Source of the DNA: the human T2T-CHM13v2.0 reference genome, Homo sapiens
Strand: one strand, 5' to 3'
Length of the DNA stretch: 64,000 bases
Assembly (NCBI RefSeq): GCF_009914755.1
Contig: NC_060942.1
Shown here: piece by piece, positions 54,601-64,000 of the stretch
Position numbering within the stretch: the first letter of the stretch is position 1
Layout: each line of letters opens with the position of its first letter
Position numbers and translations under genes: made by a program
Notes under the pieces: generated by a model
The model's database searches: none
Seen by the model: only the letters and a program-made list of their open reading frames with translations
Told to the model about the DNA's origin: nothing

Positions 54601-57600
54601 TCTTCCCATAAAAACTAGACAGAAGCATTCTCAGAAACTTACTCGTGATGTGTGTCCTCAACTAAAGGAGTAGAACCTTTCTTTTCATAGAGAAGTTTTG
54701 AAACGCTCTTTTTGTGGAATCTGCAAGTGGATATTTGGCTAGTTTTGAGGATTTCGTTGGAAGCGGGAATTCATACAAATTGCAGACTGCAGCGTTCTGA
54801 GAAACATCTTTGTGATGTTTGTATTCAGGACACAGAGTTGAACATTCCCTATCATAGAGCAGGTTTGAATCACTCCTTTTGTAGTATCTGGAAGTGGACA
54901 TTTGGAGCGCTTTCAGGCCTATGTTGGAAAAGGAAATATCTTCCCATAACAACTAGACAGAAGCATTCTCAGAAACTTATTTGAGATGTGTGTACTCAAC
55001 TAAGAGAATTGAACCACCGTTTTGAAGGAGCAGTTTTGAAACTCTCTTTTTCTGGAATCTGCAAGTGGATATTTGGCTAGCTTTGGGGATTTCGCTGGAA
55101 GCGGGAATACATATAAAAAGCACACAGCAGCGTTCTGAGAAACTGCTTTCTGATGTTTGCATTCAAGTCAAAAGTTGAACACTCCCTTTCATAGAGCAGT
55201 CTTGAAACACCCCTTTTGTAGTATCTGGAACTGGACTTTTGGAGCGATTTCAGGGCTAAGGTGAAAAAGGAAATATCTTCCCATAAAAACTGGACAGAAG
55301 CATTCTCAGAAACTTGGTTATGCTGTATCTACTCAACTAACAAAGTTGAACCTTTCTTTTGATAGAGCAGTTTTGAAATGGTCTTTTTGTGGAATCTGCA
55401 AGTGGATATTTGGCTAGTTTTGAGGATTTCGTTGGAAGCGGGAATTCATACAAATTGCAGACTGCAGCGTTCTGAGAAACATCTTTGTGATGTTTGTATT
55501 CAGGACAGAGAGTTGAACATTCCCTATCATAGAGCAGGTTGGAATCACTCCTTTTGTAGTATCTGGAAGTGGACATTTGGAGCGCTTTCAGGCCTATTTT
55601 GGAAAGGGAAATATCTTCCCGTAACAACTATGCAGAAGCATTCTCAGAAACTTGTTTGTGATGTGTGCCCTCTACTGACAGAGTTGAACCTTTCTTTTCA
55701 TAGAGCAGTTTTGAAACACTCTTTTTGTAGAATCTGCAAGAGGATATTTGCATAGCTTTGAGGATTTCGTGGGAAACGGGATTGTCTTCAGGTAAAATCT
55801 AGACAGAAGCATTCTCAGAAACTTCTTTGGGATGTTTGCATTCAAGTCACAGAGTAGAACATTCCCTTTGGTAGAGCAGGTTTGAAACACTCTTTTTGTA
55901 GTATCTGGAAGTGGACATTTGGAGCGCTTTCAGGCCCATGTTGGAAAGGGAAATATCTTCCCGTAACAACTAGGCAGAAGCATTCTCAGAAACTTATTTG
56001 AGATGTGTGTACTCAACTAAGAGAATTGAACCACCGTTTTGAAGGAGCAGTTTTGAAACACTCTTTTTCTGGAATCTGCAAGAGTATATTTGCCTAGCCT
56101 TGAGGATTTCGTTGGAAACGGGATTGTCTTCAGAGAAAATCTAGACAGAAGCATTCTCAGAAACTTCTTTGGGATGTTTGCATTCAAGTCACAGAGTAGA
56201 ACATTCCCTTTGGTAGAGCAGGTTTGAAACACTCTTTTTTTAGTATATGGAAGTGGACATTTTGATCGCTTTCAGGCCTACGTTGGAAAAGGAAATATCT
56301 TCCCATAACAACTAGACAGAAGCATTCTCAGAAACTAGTTTCTGATGTGTGTCCTCAACTAACACAGTTGAACATTTCTTTAGACAGAACAGTTTTGAAA
56401 CACTCTTTTTGTGGAATCTGCAAGTGGCTATTTGGCTAGATTTGAGGATTTCGTTGGAAACGGGATTACATATAAAAAGCAGTCAGCAGCATTCTCAGAA
56501 AGTTCTTTGTGATGATTGCATTCAAGTCACAGAATTGAACATTCCCTTTCACAGAGCAGGTTTGAAACACTCTTTTTGTAGTGTGTGTAAGTGGACATTT
56601 GGAGCACTTACCGGCCTAAGGTGAAAAAGGAAATATCTTCCCATAAAAACTAGACAGAAGCATTCTCAGAAACTTACTCGTGATGTGTGTCCTCAACTAA
56701 AGGAGTAGAACCTTTCTTTTCATAGAGAAGTTTTGAAACGCTCTTTTTGTGGAATCTGCAAGTGGATATTTGGCTAGTTTTGAGGATTTCGTTGGAAGCG
56801 GGAATTCATACAAATTGCAGACTGCAGCGTTCTGAGAAACATCTTTGTGATGTTTGTATTCAGGACACAGAGTTGAACATTCCCTATCATAGAGCAGGTT
56901 TGAATCACTCCTTTTGTAGTATCTGGAAGTGGACATTTGGAGCGCTTTCAGGCCTATGTTGGAAAAGGAAATATCTTCCCATAACAACTAGACAGAAGCA
57001 TTCTCAGAAACTTATTTGAGATGTGTGTACTCAACTAAGAGAATTGAACCACCGTTTTGAAGGAGCAGTTTTGAAACTCTCTTTTTCTGGAATCTGCAAG
57101 TGGATATTTGGCTAGCTTTGGGGATTTCGCTGGAAGCGGGAATACATATAAAAAGCACACAGCAGCGTTCTGAGAAACTGCTTTCTGATGTTTGCATTCA
57201 AGTCAAAAGTTGAACACTCCCTTTCATAGAGCAGTCTTGAAACACCCCTTTTGTAGTATCTGGAACTGGACTTTTGGAGCGATTTCAGGGCTAAGGTGAA
57301 AAAGGAAATATCTTCCCATAAAAACTGGACAGAAGCATTCTCAGAAACTTGGTTATGCTGTATCTACTCAACTAACAAAGTTGAACCTTTCTTTTGATAG
57401 AGCAGTTTTGAAATGGTCTTTTTGTGGAATCTGCAAGTGGATATTTGGCTAGTTTTGAGGATTTCGTTGGAAGCGGGAATTCATACAAATTGCAGACTGC
57501 AGCGTTCTGAGAAACATCTTTGTGATGTTTGTATTCAGGACAGAGAGTTGAACATTCCCTATCATAGAGCAGGTTGGAATCACTCCTTTTGTAGTATCTG

Positions 57601-60600
57601 GAAGTGGACATTTGGAGCGCTTTCAGGCCTATTTTGGAAAGGGAAATATCTTCCCGTAACAACTATGCAGAAGCATTCTCAGAAACTTGTTTGTGATGTG
57701 TGCCCTCTACTGACAGAGTTGAACCTTTCTTTTCATAGAGCAGTTTTGAAACACTCTTTTTGTAGAATCTGCAAGAGGATATTTGCATAGCTTTGAGGAT
57801 TTCGTGGGAAACGGGATTGTCTTCAGGTAAAATCTAGACAGAAGCATTCTCAGAAACTTCTTTGGGATGTTTGCATTCAAGTCACAGAGTAGAACATTCC
57901 CTTTGGTAGAGCAGGTTTGAAACACTCTTTTTGTAGTATCTGGAAGTGGACATTTGGAGCGCTTTCAGGCCCATGTTGGAAAGGGAAATATCTTCCCGTA
58001 ACAACTAGGCAGAAGCATTCTCAGAAACTTATTTGAGATGTGTGTACTCAACTAAGAGAATTGAACCACCGTTTTGAAGGAGCAGTTTTGAAACACTCTT
58101 TTTCTGGAATCTGCAAGAGTATATTTGCCTAGCCTTGAGGATTTCGTTGGAAACGGGATTGTCTTCAGAGAAAATCTAGACAGAAGCATTCTCAGAAACT
58201 TCTTTGGGATGTTTGCATTCAAGTCACAGAGTAGAACATTCCCTTTGGTAGAGCAGGTTTGAAACACTCTTTTTTTAGTATATGGAAGTGGACATTTTGA
58301 TCGCTTTCAGGCCTACGTTGGAAAAGGAAATATCTTCCCATAACAACTAGACAGAAGCATTCTCAGAAACTAGTTTCTGATGTGTGTCCTCAACTAACAC
58401 AGTTGAACATTTCTTTAGACAGAACAGTTTTGAAACACTCTTTTTGTGGAATCTGCAAGTGGCTATTTGGCTAGATTTGAGGATTTCGTTGGAAACGGGA
58501 TTACATATAAAAAGCAGTCAGCAGCATTCTCAGAAAGTTCTTTGTGATGATTGCATTCAAGTCACAGAATTGAACATTCCCTTTCACAGAGCAGGTTTGA
58601 AACACTCTTTTTGTAGTGTGTGTAAGTGGACATTTGGAGCACTTACCGGCCTAAGGTGAAAAAGGAAATATCTTCCCATAAAAACTAGACAGAAGCATTC
58701 TCAGAAACTTACTCGTGATGTGTGTCCTCAACTAAAGGAGTAGAACCTTTCTTTTCATAGAGAAGTTTTGAAACGCTCTTTTTGTGGAATCTGCAAGTGG
58801 ATATTTGGCTAGTTTTGAGGATTTCGTTGGAAGCGGGAATTCATACAAATTGCAGACTGCAGCGTTCTGAGAAACATCTTTGTGATGTTTGTATTCAGGA
58901 CACAGAGTTGAACATTCCCTATCATAGAGCAGGTTTGAATCACTCCTTTTGTAGTATCTGGAAGTGGACATTTGGAGCGCTTTCAGGCCTATGTTGGAAA
59001 AGGAAATATCTTCCCATAACAACTAGACAGAAGCATTCTCAGAAACTTATTTGAGATGTGTGTACTCAACTAAGAGAATTGAACCACCGTTTTGAAGGAG
59101 CAGTTTTGAAACTCTCTTTTTCTGGAATCTGCAAGTGGATATTTGGCTAGCTTTGGGGATTTCGCTGGAAGCGGGAATACATATAAAAAGCACACAGCAG
59201 CGTTCTGAGAAACTGCTTTCTGATGTTTGCATTCAAGTCAAAAGTTGAACACTCCCTTTCATAGAGCAGTCTTGAAACACCCCTTTTGTAGTATCTGGAA
59301 CTGGACTTTTGGAGCGATTTCAGGGCTAAGGTGAAAAAGGAAATATCTTCCCATAAAAACTGGACAGAAGCATTCTCAGAAACTTGGTTATGCTGTATCT
59401 ACTCAACTAACAAAGTTGAACCTTTCTTTTGATAGAGCAGTTTTGAAATGGTCTTTTTGTGGAATCTGCAAGTGGATATTTGGCTAGTTTTGAGGATTTC
59501 GTTGGAAGCGGGAATTCATACAAATTGCAGACTGCAGCGTTCTGAGAAACATCTTTGTGATGTTTGTATTCAGGACAGAGAGTTGAACATTCCCTATCAT
59601 AGAGCAGGTTGGAATCACTCCTTTTGTAGTATCTGGAAGTGGACATTTGGAGCGCTTTCAGGCCTATTTTGGAAAGGGAAATATCTTCCCGTAACAACTA
59701 TGCAGAAGCATTCTCAGAAACTTGTTTGTGATGTGTGCCCTCTACTGACAGAGTTGAACCTTTCTTTTCATAGAGCAGTTTTGAAACACTCTTTTTGTAG
59801 AATCTGCAAGAGGATATTTGCATAGCTTTGAGGATTTCGTGGGAAACGGGATTGTCTTCAGGTAAAATCTAGACAGAAGCATTCTCAGAAACTTCTTTGG
59901 GATGTTTGCATTCAAGTCACAGAGTAGAACATTCCCTTTGGTAGAGCAGGTTTGAAACACTCTTTTTGTAGTATCTGGAAGTGGACATTTGGAGCGCTTT
60001 CAGGCCCATGTTGGAAAGGGAAATATCTTCCCGTAACAACTAGGCAGAAGCATTCTCAGAAACTTATTTGAGATGTGTGTACTCAACTAAGAGAATTGAA
60101 CCACCGTTTTGAAGGAGCAGTTTTGAAACACTCTTTTTCTGGAATCTGCAAGAGTATATTTGCCTAGCCTTGAGGATTTCGTTGGAAACGGGATTGTCTT
60201 CAGAGAAAATCTAGACAGAAGCATTCTCAGAAACTTCTTTGGGATGTTTGCATTCAAGTCACAGAGTAGAACATTCCCTTTGGTAGAGCAGGTTTGAAAC
60301 ACTCTTTTTTTAGTATATGGAAGTGGACATTTGGAGCGCTTTCAGGCCTACGTTGGAAAAGGAAATATCTTCCCATAACAACTAGACAGAAGCATTCTCA
60401 GAAACTAGTTTCTGATGTGTGTCCTCAACTAACACAGTTGAACATTTCTTTAGACAGAACAGTTTTGAAACACTCTTTTTGTGGAATCTGCAAGTGGCTA
60501 TTTGGCTAGATTTGAGGATTTCGTTGGAAACGGGATTACATATAAAAAGCAGTCAGCAGCATTCTCAGAAAGTTCTTTGTGATGATTGCATTCAAGTCAC

Positions 60601-61046
60601 AGAATTGAACATTCCCTTTCACAGAGCAGGTTTGAAACACTCTTTTTGTAGTGTGTGTAAGTGGACATTTGGAGCACTTACCGGCCTAAGGTGAAAAAGG
60701 AAATATCTTCCCATAAAAACTAGACAGAAGCATTCTCAGAAACTTACTCGTGATGTGTGTCCTCAACTAAAGGAGTAGAACCTTTCTTTTCATAGAGAAG
60801 TTTTGAAACGCTCTTTTTGTGGAATCTGCAAGTGGATATTTGGCTAGTTTTGAGGATTTCGTTGGAAGCGGGAATTCATACAAATTGCAGACTGCAGCGT
60901 TCTGAGAAACATCTTTGTGATGTTTGTATTCAGGACACAGAGTTGAACATTCCCTATCATAGAGCAGGTTTGAATCACTCCTTTTGTAGTATCTGGAAGT
61001 GGACATTTGGAGTGCTTTCAGGCCTATGTTGGAAAAGGAAATATCT

Positions 61047-63077
61047 TCCCATAACAACTAGACAGAAGCATTCTCAGAAACTTATTTGAGATGTGTGTAC
61101 TCAACTAAGAGAATTGAACCACCGTTTTGAAGGAGCAGTTTTGAAACACTCTTTTTCTGGAATCTGCAAGTGGATATTTGGCTAGCTTTGGGGATTTCGC
61201 TGGAAGCGGGAATACATATAAAAAGCACACAGCAGCGTTCTGAGAAACTGCTTTCTGATGTTTGCATTCAAGTCAAAAGTTGAACACTCCCTTTCATAGA
61301 GCAGTCTTGAAACACCCCTTTTGTAGTATCTGGAACTGGACTTTTGGAGCGATTTCAGGGCTAAGGTGAAAAAGGAAATATCTTCCCATAAAAACTAGAC
61401 AGAAGCATTCTCAGAAACTTGGTTATGCTGTATCTACTCAACTAACAAAGTTGAACCTTTCTTTTGATAGAGCAGTTTTGAAATGGTCTTTTTGTGGAAT
61501 CTGCAAGTGGATATTTGGCTAGTTTTGAGGATTTCGTTGGAAGCGGGAATTCATACAAATTGCAGACTGCAGCGTTCTGAGAAACATCTTTGTGATGTTT
61601 GTATTCAGGACACAGAGTTGAACATTCCCTATCATAGAGCAGGTTGGAATCACTCCTTTTGTAGTATCTGGAAGTGGACATTTGGAGCGCTTTCAGGCCT
61701 ATTTTGGAAAGGGAAATATCTTCCCGTAACAACTATGCAGAAGCATTCTCAGAAACTTGTTTGTGATGTGTGCCCTCTACTGACAGAGTTGAACCTTTCT
61801 TTTCATAGAGCAGTTTTGAAACACTCTTTTTGTAGAATCTGCAAGAGGATATTTGCATAGCTTTGAGGATTTCGTGGGAAACGGGATTGTCTTCAGGTAA
61901 AATCTAGACAGAAGCATTCTCAGAAACTTCTTTGGGATGTTTGCATTCAAGTCACAGAGTAGAACATTCCCTTTGGTAGAGCAGGTTTGAAACACTCTTT
62001 TTGTAGTATCTGGAAGTGGACATTTGGAGCGCTTTCAGGCCCATGTTGGAAAGGGAAATATCTTCCCGTAACAACTAGGCAGAAGCATTCTCAGAAACTT
62101 ATTTGAGATGTGTGTACTCAACTAAGAGAATTGAACCACCGTTTTGAAGGAGCAGTTTTGAAACACTCTTTTTCTGGAATCTGCAAGAGTATATTTGCCT
62201 AGCCTTGAGGATTTCGTTGGAAACGGGATTGTCTTCAGATAAAATCTAGACAGAAGCATTCTCAGAAACTTCTTTGGGATGTTTGCATTCAAGTCACAGA
62301 GTAGAACATTCCCTTTGGTAGAGCAGGTTTGAAACACTCTTTTTTTAGTATATGGAAGTGGACATTTGGAGCGCTTTCAGGCCTACGTTGGAAAAGGAAA
62401 TATCTTCCCATAACAACTAGACAGAAGCATTCTCAGAAACTAGTTTCTGATGTGTGTCCTCAACTCAGTTGAACATTTCTTTAGACAGAACAGTTTTGAA
62501 ACACTCTTTTTGTGGAATCTGCAAGTGGCTATTTGGCTAGATTTGAGGATTTCGTTGGAAACGGGATTACATATAAAAAGCAGTCAGCAGCATTCTCAGA
62601 AAGTTCTTTGTGATGATTGCATTCAAGTCACAGAATTGAACATTCCCTTTCACAGAGCAGGTTTGAAACACTCTTTTTGTAGTGTGTGTAAGTGGACATT
62701 TGGAGCACTTACCGGCCTAAGGTGAAAAAGGAAATATCTTCCCATAAAAACTAGACAGAAGCATTCTCAGAAACTTACTCGTGATGTGTGTCCTCAACTA
62801 AAGGAGTAGAACCTTTCTTTTCATAGAGAAGTTTTGAAACGCTCTTTTTGTGGAATCTGCAAGTGGATATTTGGCTAGTTTTGAGGATTTCGTTGGAAGC
62901 GGGAATTCATACAAATTGCAGACTGCAGCGTTCTGAGAAACATCTTTGTGATGTTTGTATTCAGGACACAGAGTTGAACATTCCCTATCATAGAGCAGGT
63001 TTGAATCACTCCTTTTGTAGTATCTGGAAGTGGACATTTGGAGCGCTTTCAGGCCTATGTTGGAAAAGGAAATATCT
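61047..63077 (+). repeat. Variant HOR31, 2031 bp, with the same 4-bp deletion
   Basis: CAACTCAGTTG at 62461-62471, with a linked G>T at 62240. The register shifts by a further -4. Confidence 0.95.
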
Positions 63078-64000
63078 TCCCATAACAACTAGACAGAAGC
63101 ATTCTCAGAAACTTATTTGAGATGTGTGTACTCAACTAAGAGAATTGAACCACCGTTTTGAAGGAGCAGTTTTGAAACTCTCTTTTTCTGGAATCTGCAA
63201 GTGGATATTTGGCTAGCTTTGGGGATTTCGCTGGAAGCGGGAATACATATAAAAAGCACACAGCAGCGTTCTGAGAAACTGCTTTCTGATGTTTGCATTC
63301 AAGTCAAAAGTTGAACACTCCCTTTCATAGAGCAGTCTTGAAACACCCCTTTTGTAGTATCTGGAACTGGACTTTTGGAGCGATTTCAGGGCTAAGGTGA
63401 AAAAGGAAATATCTTCCCATAAAAACTGGACAGAAGCATTCTCAGAAACTTGGTTATGCTGTATCTACTCAACTAACAAAGTTGAACCTTTCTTTTGATA
63501 GAGCAGTTTTGAAATGGTCTTTTTGTGGAATCTGCAAGTGGATATTTGGCTAGTTTTGAGGATTTCGTTGGAAGCGGGAATTCATACAAATTGCAGACTG
63601 CAGCGTTCTGAGAAACATCTTTGTGATGTTTGTATTCAGGACAGAGAGTTGAACATTCCCTATCATAGAGCAGGTTGGAATCACTCCTTTTGTAGTATCT
63701 GGAAGTGGACATTTGGAGCGCTTTCAGGCCTATTTTGGAAAGGGAAATATCTTCCCGTAACAACTATGCAGAAGCATTCTCAGAAACTTGTTTGTGATGT
63801 GTGCCCTCTACTGACAGAGTTGAACCTTTCTTTTCATAGAGCAGTTTTGAAACACTCTTTTTGTAGAATCTGCAAGAGGATATTTGCATAGCTTTGAGGA
63901 TTTCGTGGGAAACGGGATTGTCTTCAGGTAAAATCTAGACAGAAGCATTCTCAGAAACTTCTTTGGGATGTTTGCATTCAAGTCACAGAGTAGAACATTC

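Larger units (their letters stand above)
1..64000 (+). repeat. Alpha-satellite (alphoid) higher-order repeat array, 12-mer HOR of 2035 bp, about 31.45 tandem copies
   Basis: The anchor CATTCTCAGAAA/CGTTCTGAGAAA recurs at 23, 190, 360, 527, 698, 869, 1040, 1211, 1382, 1549, 1720, 1887 and 2058 (spacings 167,170,167,171,171,171,171,171,167,171,167,171 = 2035). The ORF track repeats every 2035 bp except for two 2031-bp steps. Typical alphoid motifs are present (GAAACACTCTTTTTGTAG, TGGACATTTGGAGCGCTTT, CENP-B boxes). Copies differ at only a handful of sites. Confidence 0.99.
1..64000 (+). other. D18Z1: Probable human chromosome 18 active centromeric array D18Z1 (S2C18H1L, SF2, D1/D2 dimeric)
   Basis: Seen: 12-mer of about 2.0 kb, A/B dimer alternation, and EcoRI GAATTC at 501 and 1861 giving 1360-bp (8-mer) and 675-bp (4-mer) fragments. 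Recalled: D18Z1 is an SF2 12-mer classically seen as about 1.36-kb and 0.68-kb EcoRI fragments. Not confirmed by alignment. Confidence 0.82.

Noticed and set aside
36-63891. Hundreds of 61-125 aa ORFs on both strands
   Set aside because: They recur with the HOR period, overlap in conflicting frames and strands, and are gained or lost by single HOR variants (e.g. the 71-aa plus-strand ORF lost with TGA at offset 1322). They are chance translations of alpha satellite with no recognisable domain.
1-64000. Possible chrX DXZ1 identity (also a 12-mer of about 2 kb)
   Set aside because: DXZ1 is about 2057 bp, pentameric (SF3) and BamHI-defined. This unit is 2035 bp with strict dimer alternation, and I saw no GGATCC.
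1-64000. Hidden insertion, L1/Alu element, inversion or non-12-mer HOR
   Set aside because: ORF coordinates keep an exact 2035-bp register and constant strand throughout, apart from two 4-bp shifts, leaving no room for inserted or inverted sequence.

Overview
The whole window is one uninterrupted, single-orientation primate centromeric alpha-satellite array. It is built from a 12-monomer higher-order repeat (HOR) of 2035 bp: 31 complete copies plus 923 bp of a 32nd, about 377 monomers of 167-171 bp. B-type monomers (CENP-B box) alternate strictly with A-type monomers (pJ-alpha-like box), giving 6 CENP-B boxes per HOR. The 12-mer length, dimeric organisation and EcoRI spacing (1360 + 675 bp) fit the human chromosome 18 active array D18Z1 (S2C18H1L, suprachromosomal family 2); that assignment is from recall, not a database search. 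I find no genes, transposons, CRISPR array or inversion, and all listed ORFs are repeat-derived. I found no new protein-based system. The notable structure is in the variation between HOR copies, where I counted 16 substitution sites and one 4-bp deletion by eye. It shows a nascent 4070-bp (24-mer) super-HOR, a stepwise five-haplotype ladder within 27 bp, variants matching sister monomers, haplotype tracts shared between distant copies, and one inactivated CENP-B box. Convention: HORn starts at 1+(n-1)*2035 up to HOR18, shifted by -4 for HOR19-31 and -8 for HOR32; 'offset' is the position within a HOR in HOR1 coordinates.
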